Source: an uncultured virus (IMG/VR IMGVR_UViG_3300002460_000002)
Lineage: Duplodnaviria; Heunggongvirae; Uroviricota; Caudoviricetes
Virus record (IMG/VR): IMGVR_UViG_3300002460_000002
Span: 1-64,000 of that record
Direction: 5' to 3' (one strand)
Length of the DNA stretch: 64,000 nucleotides
Below are positions 1 through 8,290 of this stretch, one piece after another. The translations under genes and the position numbers were made by a program. Each line of letters begins with the position of its first letter. Positions within the stretch are counted from its first letter, which is position 1. A model generated the notes under the pieces. It worked only from the letters and a program-made list of their open reading frames with translations, was not told the DNA's origin and did not search any database.

Positions 1-42
1 CCATCAGCAGCCCCGCGGCGACGACAACCGCCCCGATGGCGA

Positions 43-519
43 CTACAGCGCCCAGGCGCGCTCGCGGTCGCCGATGAGCAGCGGCGCGACCTGCACGAGC
101 ACCTGAACGAAGACGGGTGAATTGGTGATTGCCCATATTGTCTGGTACCCCGACAGGATGATCTCGTACGGGATCGCAGGTGCGATCGGAAATCCGCCCG
201 GATTTGGAGACTCGCCGCCACCACCGGCTCCGACACCGATGAAGACACCGAACGCGATGTCGGGCGTCGTGATGCGCACGGAGCGACTGGCGCGGTCGGG
301 GCCTACCAGCATCACGCCGCCGACACGATTGCTGACCTGGACACCGTAGACGCGTGTTGCCGGAGGAACACCGGTCACGGCCCCGAGCGGCTGCGAATTC
401 GGCTGCGGCTCAAGGTCGTCACCCGACCTGGACGCGACATCGGCCTGACTGTCGAGGCCCCCGAGCAACAACCGAAGTTGTCCGAAAACCTCTCCGATCG
501 CGCTCTTCGCTTCGCTCAA
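43..519 (-). CDS. Small beta-rich virion protein (possible penton/minor jelly-roll protein)
   Basis: 158-aa ORF with alternating hydrophobic beta-strand pattern (RSVRITT, FGVFIG, YEIIL, VQVLVQV), directly downstream of the two capsid-like genes. Confidence 0.45.
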   Translation of the reverse strand: MSEAKSAIGEVFGQLRLLLGGLDSQADVASRSGDDLEPQPNSQPLGAVTGVPPATRVYGVQVSNRVGGVMLVGPDRASRSVRITTPDIAFGVFIGVGAGGGGESPNPGGFPIAPAIPYEIILSGYQTIWAITNSPVFVQVLVQVAPLLIGDRERAWAL

Positions 520-528
520 GAGCGGCTC

Positions 529-1041
529 CTACAGCGCCCGCGGCTGCAGCAAGTAGCCCACGAGGGATATGTCAACCGTGGTGGGGTTGACGGCATCGAG
601 ATTGTCCGCGCGGATCTGAACGGTCCCCCCCTTCGGCCGGACGATCCAGGGAAAGGGGTCCATCGCCCACGCACCGGTGTTGTTGTCGACGAGCAGTGCC
701 ACCATCGACGGGTTGTTCTGCATGTTCTGCGCGAACGTGCCGTCGAGGATCGACACGCGCCAATCACGGAAGGTGTGCGCGGCGTCCTGTGAAAACTTGA
801 TCTTGTGCACCTCGAACGGGTACTCGAGACCGAGCTGGAAATCGGTCGCGACCAGCGGCACGTTGTTGGCGCCGGCTGGGATCACCTGCGACACGGCAAG
901 CGGCATCGCGAATGGGAATCGGATGACCGGCTGATCGACAAGCGGCTGAAGCTTGTCCATCTGCTTTTTGAGCCAAGGCGCGACCTGCATGATCGAGGCG
1001 GCCAGGCCATTCGAGGCTGCGATTTCTGCTTCGGTGGGCAT
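529..1041 (-). CDS. Putative small single-jelly-roll capsid protein
   Basis: Likely start ATG 1041 (MPTEAEI), after a TTGCCA-17-CAAGAT promoter. All-beta pattern: YPFEVHKIKF, WRVSI, PFPWIV, VQIRADN, VDISLVGY. Confidence 0.5.
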   Translation of the reverse strand: MPTEAEIAASNGLAASIMQVAPWLKKQMDKLQPLVDQPVIRFPFAMPLAVSQVIPAGANNVPLVATDFQLGLEYPFEVHKIKFSQDAAHTFRDWRVSILDGTFAQNMQNNPSMVALLVDNNTGAWAMDPFPWIVRPKGGTVQIRADNLDAVNPTTVDISLVGYLLQPRAL

Positions 1042-1100
1042 CGTGTGAACATCTTGCCGGAACTCGTTGAAAATGGCAACGGCGTAGAGCCGCAACAGGC

Positions 1101-1146
1101 CAAAAAGAAAAAGGCGGAGCGGCCGAAGCCACCCCGCCTTTTTCCG
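1101..1146 (-). terminator. Intrinsic terminator after the large capsid-like gene
   Basis: Minus strand AAAAAGGCGGGGTGGC-TTCG-GCCGCTCCGCC followed by TTTTTCTTTTT. Confidence 0.85.
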
Positions 1147-1176
1147 CCTGTTCTCACAGGCAACGCAGTGGGGTTG

Positions 1177-1935
1177 TCACACCACGGGACGTTTGATCAA
1201 GCCTTCCAGGGTCACCCGAACGTCGAACCCCATGGCGACGGGGGTCGTCAGGCCGGTCCAGTCGGTGTACCCAGCGACCGACCCCGCCACGCCGGCAACA
1301 CCGAGTGGTGCGCACGGGTTGAGCAGGGCGCGGAACCCGATGTTGTCCCGCAACCAGATCGGCAGCACGAGCGCCGACTGATCCCGGGGTGACGGAATAC
1401 CGTTCCCCGCGACCTCGACGTTGGTTCCCGTGCTGAACACGTGCAGGCCCGAGCCCTGCGGATACTCCGAGATCGGTCCCTCGGAGTTGACCTTCTGGTT
1501 CACGGAGAACTTGAAGTACGTCTTCCGCAGGAAGTCGAACAACACGCCTCCGTTGACCACCGTCGGATCGTACCCACCGACGTGCGGCGGGCGCGACAGC
1601 TGCACCAGGTTGGTGTCCTGCAGCTCGAAGTTCGCGTTGGCCGCGGTGCGACCCATCTCGCGCGTGACCTCGACCTGGATGCTGTAGATGAGCGCTTCGT
1701 AGCCCATCTGCAGACCCGTGTCGCCGCCGCGAACGAGGTTGGTGTCGACCAGCGTCAGCACGCGAGTGCCGCCGGGGATCTGATTGCCCTCGGCGCCGAC
1801 GAACGCCTGAAGAGCGTTGGTGTCGCCGCCTTGGAACTCGACCGTGTGGTACAGGCGGTCATGGGTCCAGTCCCCGAAGATGATCGGGTACGGAACGCCC
1901 TGAACGCGGATTGCCAGTGTGCCTTGGTTGTCCAT
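1177..1935 (-). CDS. Putative major capsid protein, single-jelly-roll type
   Basis: 252 aa, beta-rich (LYHTVEF, DTNL..G..GL, ALIYSIQVEV, FKFSVNQK, VRVTLEGLIKRPVV). Strong RBS (GGAGAAAAGGAC), strongly biased codons and its own terminator, as expected of a highly expressed virion gene. Confidence 0.55.
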   Translation of the reverse strand: MDNQGTLAIRVQGVPYPIIFGDWTHDRLYHTVEFQGGDTNALQAFVGAEGNQIPGGTRVLTLVDTNLVRGGDTGLQMGYEALIYSIQVEVTREMGRTAANANFELQDTNLVQLSRPPHVGGYDPTVVNGGVLFDFLRKTYFKFSVNQKVNSEGPISEYPQGSGLHVFSTGTNVEVAGNGIPSPRDQSALVLPIWLRDNIGFRALLNPCAPLGVAGVAGSVAGYTDWTGLTTPVAMGFDVRVTLEGLIKRPVV

Positions 1936-1990
1936 GTGTCCTTTTCTCCTGTTTTTCTGTGATGAATTTGTTTGAACGTGTCGCTACGAA

Positions 1991-2488
1991 CTAGCGACCC
2001 ACGCTCGCGAAGTTGGCCCCGAAGCCGGAATTGCCCAGCATCTCGACGGGAGCCGGAGCACCCATCCCCTGTTCGGCGGTGTGCACGCCCATCCCTGCGT
2101 AGTTTCCGTTGCCGGAATCCAGCAGCTCGACGGGAGCATCCGCTCCGAACGCGCCCTGCATCTGCTCCGGCGTGATCACGCCGAAACCGTCCTTCATGGT
2201 CCCGCCCATCATCAGCTCTTCCAGCTGACGAGGAAGCGCGACCAGNCCTGCCGTCACGAGGCCGGCGATGCCGATCCCGCGCGTGCTCTTGCGAGCGGCC
2301 AGGATGCCGGAGACGATTCCCCCCAGCACGAAGCCGATCGTCGGCGCCCACTTGTTGATCGCGGGACGTGTCTTCCCGAAGATCAACCTGGCCGCCAGAG
2401 TGCCCACCTGTGTGACGCCACCGCCGACCAGAGGCCCTGCCAGGCCTTCGGACAGCGAGCCGTCGAATCCGAAATCGTGATACCGCAT
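1991..2488 (-). CDS. Virion membrane protein with three hydrophobic segments
   Basis: Hydrophobic segments plus a Gly/Met-rich tail with repeated FG/MG/LG. One ambiguous base (n) at 2246. Confidence 0.6.
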   Translation of the reverse strand: MRYHDFGFDGSLSEGLAGPLVGGGVTQVGTLAARLIFGKTRPAINKWAPTIGFVLGGIVSGILAARKSTRGIGIAGLVTAXLVALPRQLEELMMGGTMKDGFGVITPEQMQGAFGADAPVELLDSGNGNYAGMGVHTAEQGMGAPAPVEMLGNSGFGANFASVGR

Positions 2489-2537
2489 TTGCTGTTCCTT
2501 TGTTGGTGTTGAGAAAAATCTGTTGAGGTCTTCCGCC

Positions 2538-2636
2538 TTATCGGCGCTTGCGGGCTCGCTTGTGCTTCAAGCAGCCGCCCTTGCGACGACCCTTCTTCAC
2601 GATCCCGTGCTTGCAGTGACGCTTTCGACGTGCCAT
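2538..2636 (-). CDS. 32-aa protamine-like basic peptide (not in ORF track)
   Basis: ATG at 2636 after AAGGACAAGGAAC; translates MARRKRHCKHGIVKKGRRKGGCLKHKRARKRR. Confidence 0.75.
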   Translation of the reverse strand: MARRKRHCKHGIVKKGRRKGGCLKHKRARKRR

Positions 2637-2666
2637 GTTCCTTGTCCTTTTGTTGGGGTTTCGATC

Positions 2667-3161
2667 CTACAGAGAAGCTCCGACCTGAATTCCGTTCGGC
2701 CATCGCAGGATGACGGCCTCGCCGCGCGCGAGAGACGCGAGCGGGCCGCCGACCAGAGCCGACGGAAGATTGGTGAGGCCCATCGCGCGCATATTTTGGG
2801 CGACCTGTCGCGCGCCGGCTGCGACGGCCTGTGCCTGGACGGTGTTCGGATTGCCGTCGATGTTGAATTGCCTGACGGGACGACCATCGGGGGCCTGTCC
2901 AAGGAGCACGCCCGCGGTCGGCACCGACGCGGCCGGTACGTTCGGAGTGAACGCATTCCCGCTCGGAATTCCACCCGGCGCCATGCCGACCGGAATTCGG
3001 ACCATGTCCTGCACGTAGTTGGCTTTGATATCGTGCCGGACACCCATCGGGTCGAACGGCGCGACGGCACCCGTCGACATGATGTTGTACGGGAGTGAGC
3101 CGCCGCCGGGCCCGTATCCACCGTATCCCCACTTCGGTTTTTGTTGCTGTCCCAACATCAT
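2667..3161 (-). CDS. Gly/Pro-rich putative virion protein, first gene of the structural operon
   Basis: Probable start ATG 3161 (MMLGQQQKPKWGYGGYG). Confidence 0.55.
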   Translation of the reverse strand: MMLGQQQKPKWGYGGYGPGGGSLPYNIMSTGAVAPFDPMGVRHDIKANYVQDMVRIPVGMAPGGIPSGNAFTPNVPAASVPTAGVLLGQAPDGRPVRQFNIDGNPNTVQAQAVAAGARQVAQNMRAMGLTNLPSALVGGPLASLARGEAVILRWPNGIQVGASL

Positions 3162-3183
3162 TTTTGTCTGACCCCCAAAATGC

Positions 3184-3220
3184 AAAAAGGCGCTTTCACC
3201 GCCATCGCGGTAAAAGCGCC
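3184..3220 (-). terminator. Terminator/attenuator in the 5' leader of the structural operon
   Basis: Minus strand GGCGCTTTTACCGC-GATG-GCGGTGAAAGCGCC then TTTTT. Confidence 0.8.
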
Positions 3221-3273
3221 AGTTGTCTGGTAGCCCTGAGCGGGATTCCGACGAATCCCTATTTCGAGATCAC

Positions 3274-3302
3274 AAGGTACAGGAGACGCTGAGCGGCGTC
3301 AA
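3274..3302 (-). promoter_or_regulatory. Sigma70-like promoter for the structural operon
   Basis: TTGACG-17 nt-TACCTT on the minus strand. Confidence 0.65.
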
Positions 3303-3312
3303 GAGGGGGTCT

Positions 3313-3654
3313 CTACTTGACCATCGAATGGTTGTAGATGATCTCGAACTCAGCTGCTGTGCTCGCTGCTGTGACCACTAGATCGATGCTGTTCGCGTCG
3401 TTATCCGCGACTTGTGCCAAACCTGAAGTACCCGGCAAACTCCTGCAGTTGACTGAAATATTCATGTTGAAATTGGTGAACCCGGTCATGGAAGCAAGTG
3501 CCCTCAAATAGGCCTTGAGCGGACCAGCGGCGCAGTCACCGATCATCTGCGTCCGTGTTCGGTTTTGTGTGCCGCCACCGGCACCGTCCGCGGTCAACCG
3601 ATAACGGAGCCGGTGCGGACTGGTTCCAATAACCACGAAATTTCCGACGGCCAT
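3313..3654 (-). CDS. Small beta-rich hypothetical protein (possibly structural)
   Basis: 113-aa ORF; TACACT -10 box 7 nt before the ATG. Confidence 0.55.
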   Translation of the reverse strand: MAVGNFVVIGTSPHRLRYRLTADGAGGGTQNRTRTQMIGDCAAGPLKAYLRALASMTGFTNFNMNISVNCRSLPGTSGLAQVADNDANSIDLVVTAASTAAEFEIIYNHSMVK

Positions 3655-3667
3655 GCGCCGAAGTGTA

Positions 3668-5290
3668 CTACGAGAACACCTTCCGCCACAACGGAGCTAC
3701 GGCTTCCCACGTGTTCTCGACGAGAGTCCGGCGCCGGCCTTCTTCAGCTACGGCAAGACGATCCGACTCGTGCATGAGTAAATGTACGATCCGCTTGGCC
3801 GCGGCGTCGATAAAGGCTTCTGAAGTAACGGGAGGTCGGATGCAGTACCCACCTTTGACAAGCTCTGGGAGACAACCGACCGCGGCCACGACCGGAACGG
3901 CGCCTACGGCCTGGGCCTGGAGAACAACCTCGCAGCGGTACGGTTCGTCGAGGGGGACGTGCAAGAAGATCCTGCTGCGCTCTAGGTAGTGATCTTCACC
4001 AGGACCGCGAACATCATCACCAACACCGGCACGATCTATGATCTCTTGCTCGACCTCGTTCGGCGCATCACTAACCGCTACCCACGGCATTTTTCCGATG
4101 TCCTTGTCAAGCTTCATGTTGAAACCGAGCGGACACACCTTGATGAAGTCCGCTGACAGAAATGGGTACGCGCGCCGGTACTGTTCAGCCTGGAATTCAG
4201 AAACGGCGATCAAACCCCGGGCACGATGCAGGCCTGCAAGCTCCACCGGGTCCAGGGACGGGCGTCGGTCGAGGGGGAGGACGCACGAAAACTGTGCCCC
4301 TACCTTCGGAATGCTTGCAGCCGTGGCGTAGATCCTCTCATGACTCAAAATACTTTTCTTCGGTGGCGGATCGAACACCTCCGACAAGGGTACGACGATT
4401 TCCTGCGGCACCTCGGTATCGAAACCGACGATCGACCGACGCTGAAGCGCCTCTTGCGTCTGTATCCTCATGGAGTACCGCGGCAAAGCAGTATCCGTCG
4501 GACTCGCCTGTTCCAGTATCCGCAAAAACTTCTTCGCTTTTTCTAGATCTGGAGGCTCGGATTGCAAACAGATGTCAAGACCAAGGAGAGCCGGACGCAC
4601 AAAACGCGCTCTTTTATCCCACGGAAGAATGCTCAAAATCTCCTCGGCGGCAAGAAAACCGCGTTCGAGATGCTGGAGCGACTGGAACGACGACTCATAC
4701 CGAGCGCACGAAGCGAGTCCGAAAAAGGCATCCGGCAGCGCTGCCACAAGACTCGCCTGCGCGAACGCAGCGAACGCTTTATCATCGGCAGAATCCAAAA
4801 GCGCGTTCCCCTCCCGCACCAACTTCGCCGCCAACAACACTCCACTCTCCTCATGCGGCGGTCGATGCTGAACGACCGGTCCCCCCGACGTGAACACGTT
4901 CGACGCCACGAAGCCGTGATAGTTCACGAGCCCCATCAACTTCGACGGGTCCACGGTCGGCCAAAGAAAGTCTTCCAACCGCTCGGGAAGAGGCTTCCGG
5001 GCGAAACGCAACCGGTACGTGGTCTCGACTCGCTCATGGGGCATGAGGACGACGCGCTTGTTCTCTGAGATCATCTTGGCGAGCGCGTCACCCAGGGGGC
5101 CATTGATCTTCTCGTGGAGGCAAAAGAACCCGACGATGTCCGCATCGGTCTTCGCCGCGGCTTCCTTCCACTTCTCTATTTCGTGAGGCTCCCCAAAAAG
5201 ATAAACGACTTCGTCGAAACTCAAATACTCCTCGGGAAAATTCTCGTCGAAGAAGCCTTCCAACCCCATCACCAGCGCGATGGTCTTCAT
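3668..5290 (-). CDS. Glycosyltransferase-like protein (GT-B/GT4-like C-terminus) with helical-repeat middle
   Basis: LIAVSEFQAEQY and E.Y..VVLQAQAVGAVPVVAAVGCLPELV resemble the GT4 signature. Confidence 0.55.
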   Translation of the reverse strand: MKTIALVMGLEGFFDENFPEEYLSFDEVVYLFGEPHEIEKWKEAAAKTDADIVGFFCLHEKINGPLGDALAKMISENKRVVLMPHERVETTYRLRFARKPLPERLEDFLWPTVDPSKLMGLVNYHGFVASNVFTSGGPVVQHRPPHEESGVLLAAKLVREGNALLDSADDKAFAAFAQASLVAALPDAFFGLASCARYESSFQSLQHLERGFLAAEEILSILPWDKRARFVRPALLGLDICLQSEPPDLEKAKKFLRILEQASPTDTALPRYSMRIQTQEALQRRSIVGFDTEVPQEIVVPLSEVFDPPPKKSILSHERIYATAASIPKVGAQFSCVLPLDRRPSLDPVELAGLHRARGLIAVSEFQAEQYRRAYPFLSADFIKVCPLGFNMKLDKDIGKMPWVAVSDAPNEVEQEIIDRAGVGDDVRGPGEDHYLERSRIFLHVPLDEPYRCEVVLQAQAVGAVPVVAAVGCLPELVKGGYCIRPPVTSEAFIDAAAKRIVHLLMHESDRLAVAEEGRRRTLVENTWEAVAPLWRKVFS

Positions 5291-5844
5291 CGGCCCCTGA
5301 TCGGCCCGAGGTTTCGGACCACGGCGATCTCGATGTTCGTTTCGAGCGGCGTAGCCGGGGTTCGGGTGATGAGGGTCTCGATCGAGACCTTGCCTTCAAC
5401 TTGTTCAACGACAAGATGCTGAACAGTTCGACCATGTGCCTGCACGAGAACTAGACTGCCTGGATCTCGTGGCTGTACGATCGTCTTGAGACCATCACGC
5501 CAGGTCGGCGCTGCTGAATCTCCGCTTCCACCAACCTTGCCTTTCTCATCAAGCACAATACTCGAAAGCAGATCTGGCTCCCCCTCACGGTACACGCGTA
5601 CTTTCAGATCTGACCCCGGGTGGTACCCGTTCAAGGTGTTGAAGGTCCGGATGTCGAACACCAAACCCGTGAGCCCCCGATCGACGACCGCAACCCGATT
5701 CGGCGTCACTGTCTCGACGAACACGAACGGTCGTGGACCGGGCTCTACCACCAATTGGTAGACGTTCATGCCGACCTTGTCGATCACGCAACCTTGGGGC
5801 TCGCGCTTTCGGTCTCCGTAGCGACTGATGACGGCGGTGATCAT
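5287..5844 (-). CDS. Hypothetical protein
   Basis: 185-aa ORF overlapping both neighbours by 4 nt. Confidence 0.55.
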   Translation of the reverse strand: MITAVISRYGDRKREPQGCVIDKVGMNVYQLVVEPGPRPFVFVETVTPNRVAVVDRGLTGLVFDIRTFNTLNGYHPGSDLKVRVYREGEPDLLSSIVLDEKGKVGGSGDSAAPTWRDGLKTIVQPRDPGSLVLVQAHGRTVQHLVVEQVEGKVSIETLITRTPATPLETNIEIAVVRNLGPIRGR

Positions 5845-6071
5845 CGGGTCGGCTCTAGAGCATGCAACAATTTCTCGGGTGACTTCGCAGATACCGCATT
5901 CTTCTTGAAGCTTTCATCCCCGTGTGAAACCACCGTCCAATCTTGATTCAACGCCACGATTTCAACACAGATTAAACAAACAAGACCAAGCCCGTCATCG
6001 ACCGCGTACTCCGCTGGTGCACCAACAAACTCGCTAAGAACAAGACTCAACTGCTTGGCGGTAAACCTCAT
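5841..6071 (-). CDS. Hypothetical protein
   Basis: 76-aa ORF with ATGA overlaps. Confidence 0.5.
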   Translation of the reverse strand: MRFTAKQLSLVLSEFVGAPAEYAVDDGLGLVCLICVEIVALNQDWTVVSHGDESFKKNAVSAKSPEKLLHALEPTR

Positions 6072-6784
6072 TCCCGCCTCCGAATCGCGGCCTCGATGCG
6101 CGGCAACCTCTCCAGATCGTCTGGACCGTCGATGTCGTCGATGTAGTCCCAGAGATCCACATCGACCACGGTCGCCCCGAGATTATCCTCGGCCATGTGC
6201 ATGAACCGCCAAAGCCGCGCGTTCTTCTCGACGATGTCCGCGATCCGATCAGGGTCATCTACTCCGCCGCGGTGCAACGTCTCCTTAAGCGTTTCTACTT
6301 CAGCGAGCACGATCTCAAGCTGGTGAACGACCAGGCCGCGTTTGCTGGCCGAAAACGAGAACCCGTACAGCTCCCCGGCCGGCCGCCCGGTATGGATGTT
6401 CGGCGAAAATCGCCCGGCGAACGTGATCGGGACCGACGGGTCGATCAACTTGGTGAGGATGGTCGGCGAGAAGACGACGTCCCCACACAGCACGAGGTAC
6501 CGGTCGATCGCGTGAGATTCGAGCGGAAGCGCCCCGGCGACGGCCGCGAGGAAAAGCGGGTCCACGCTGTCCACGCGTTCGGCTCTTGCGTCAGACGCGA
6601 ACATGATCCAGTCGGGCGTTGGTGGCGCCACAACGCGCACAATCACCCGGTTGACCTCACGCAACATCCGTACCGTTCGGTCCACATTCGGTTCACCGTT
6701 CACCGGAACCAGCTGCTTCGCGCCCTCGTAGGATCCCATACGGGTCTGCTTCCCGCCGCACATGAGGAGAACGAAGAGGTTCAC
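6068..6784 (-). CDS. Nucleotidyltransferase (NTP_transferase/MobA-like)
   Basis: LLMCGGKQTRMG...KQLVPVNGEP, LCGDVVF, DIDGPDDL. Likely GTG start at 6784 after TTGACC-17-TAGCAA. Confidence 0.75.
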   Translation of the reverse strand: MNLFVLLMCGGKQTRMGSYEGAKQLVPVNGEPNVDRTVRMLREVNRVIVRVVAPPTPDWIMFASDARAERVDSVDPLFLAAVAGALPLESHAIDRYLVLCGDVVFSPTILTKLIDPSVPITFAGRFSPNIHTGRPAGELYGFSFSASKRGLVVHQLEIVLAEVETLKETLHRGGVDDPDRIADIVEKNARLWRFMHMAEDNLGATVVDVDLWDYIDDIDGPDDLERLPRIEAAIRRRE

Positions 6785-6816
6785 TGCTAGTTTGCTAACA
6801 TAGTAGCAAAGCCCGG

Positions 6817-7593
6817 TCAAGTCTCAATCAACGCCGCCCCCGGCCCGAGCCCGAGCGTCAACACCAGCACCTTCCGGCCTTCGGGAAGGTGGGCCCTGGC
6901 GCACTCGGCCGCCAGCTCGGCGTCGTTGATGACGTAGACCTGGGTGTCCGCCGGCACATCCGCCAACACTTCATCCACGAAAGTCTTGTGCCCGGCCACT
7001 CCGTACGTGCTTTCACCCGGCACCAGGTCATCCCCAATCGGAAACGGCAGGCTCAAAAGCAGCGGCACGTTCGGAAGCATCGTCGAAGCCTCTCGAACCG
7101 CATCCCGAATGAACCAAATCGACCGCTCTTGCTTCCCAAGCACGTCTTCAATCGGAATGGTTGAAAAATCCCGAGCGACGACGAAGCTGGCGCCGGGCGA
7201 CGCGTAACACTTCACCGAAGTCTGTCCCACATCGACCACGACCATCAGATCCTTGTTCGCAAAAAGCGCCTCTTTCGCGGTCCAGGCGTAGTTTCGACCG
7301 GCGAACATCCAGACTGGTGGCGCTCGCAGCATGTCCTGCAGCCCGAGCATCTCGGCACCGCCGCCTGCCAGGAACACGGTGTCAAACTCATGCTCCCGCT
7401 GAATAACCCCACACCCGCGAATAATACCGCTGGCGACGATACTCGCGGCTTCGGTTCTTGAATACTTGCGCGACAGGTCTTCGGTCAGACGCGCTCCGAC
7501 TACTTCCCAAAACTTCTGCCCGCTGCCGACATCCAGATCCCAGACCTGCAGCGGTCGGACACCCGGGCACGAAAGCCGAACGATCCGGCTCAC
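6817..7593 (-). CDS. ROK/ASKHA-fold sugar kinase-like protein
   Basis: VVDVGQTSVK, INDAELAA, LTLGLGPGAA. GTG at 7593 overlaps the upstream stop. Confidence 0.65.
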   Translation of the reverse strand: MSRIVRLSCPGVRPLQVWDLDVGSGQKFWEVVGARLTEDLSRKYSRTEAASIVASGIIRGCGVIQREHEFDTVFLAGGGAEMLGLQDMLRAPPVWMFAGRNYAWTAKEALFANKDLMVVVDVGQTSVKCYASPGASFVVARDFSTIPIEDVLGKQERSIWFIRDAVREASTMLPNVPLLLSLPFPIGDDLVPGESTYGVAGHKTFVDEVLADVPADTQVYVINDAELAAECARAHLPEGRKVLVLTLGLGPGAALIET

Positions 7594-8285
7594 AACGTCA
7601 GGGCATCGAAGCCCTCTCCTCGAAATGAAGTCGCCTTCCGGTTGACCTTCGGCACCCATGAAAACACCGACGAGACTTCACCCACGTGCTCGACGAGATT
7701 CGGAACATGCAGCGCGTACTCGGTCCAGGGTGAATAGAGGAGCTGGTGCGAGAAGAGCGCGTCGGCTGAATGCTTGTTCGGGACCTCGTCGACCCAGTAG
7801 CGCGCGTTCTCGACGAGATACTTCATCGTGCGCTGCGGGAACATGACTGCCTGGGTTCCCCAGAAGCCTCGCCCGTCGGCTCCCATCACAGGGACTTTTC
7901 GCAGGCCGTCCGCTGCGCCGTACGGGCAGTCCTTCATGTCGAAGAAACTGATGAACGCGCAGTCGTCGGGGACGCCGATCTGGCGCATGCGGTGAACGGC
8001 GCTCTTGCAGGCGACCACGTCATCCTCGAAGAAGAGCATGCGGTCGAACTCGGCGCCGAAACGAAACGCCGCAAAAACCGCCTTAAGATTTCCAACAGGT
8101 CCACCCGGTATCGGAACAATTCCCCAACCAGTAGACAAAGCAGTACTACGAATCGTCTCATCCGGCTCGCCGTCGACAATCACGATCTTCTGATCTGCCC
8201 CCGCACGATCGAGCGACGCCAATGTGTCCTTCAGATAAGACTTCCCGCGGTTCGGGGTGGTCAGGACGACAAGGACATCGCGCAT
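7590..8285 (-). CDS. GT-A fold glycosyltransferase
   Basis: IVIVDG, LFFEDDV (DxD-like), LVEHVGEVSS. Similar to the C-terminal domain of 16145..17986. Confidence 0.65.
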   Translation of the reverse strand: MRDVLVVLTTPNRGKSYLKDTLASLDRAGADQKIVIVDGEPDETIRSTALSTGWGIVPIPGGPVGNLKAVFAAFRFGAEFDRMLFFEDDVVACKSAVHRMRQIGVPDDCAFISFFDMKDCPYGAADGLRKVPVMGADGRGFWGTQAVMFPQRTMKYLVENARYWVDEVPNKHSADALFSHQLLYSPWTEYALHVPNLVEHVGEVSSVFSWVPKVNRKATSFRGEGFDALTL

Positions 8286-8290
8286 CGAGG

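Noticed and set aside
3225..3262. tRNA-like 3' end (GGCTACCA on minus strand)
   Set aside because: No cloverleaf or T-loop consensus; treated as part of the leader RNA.
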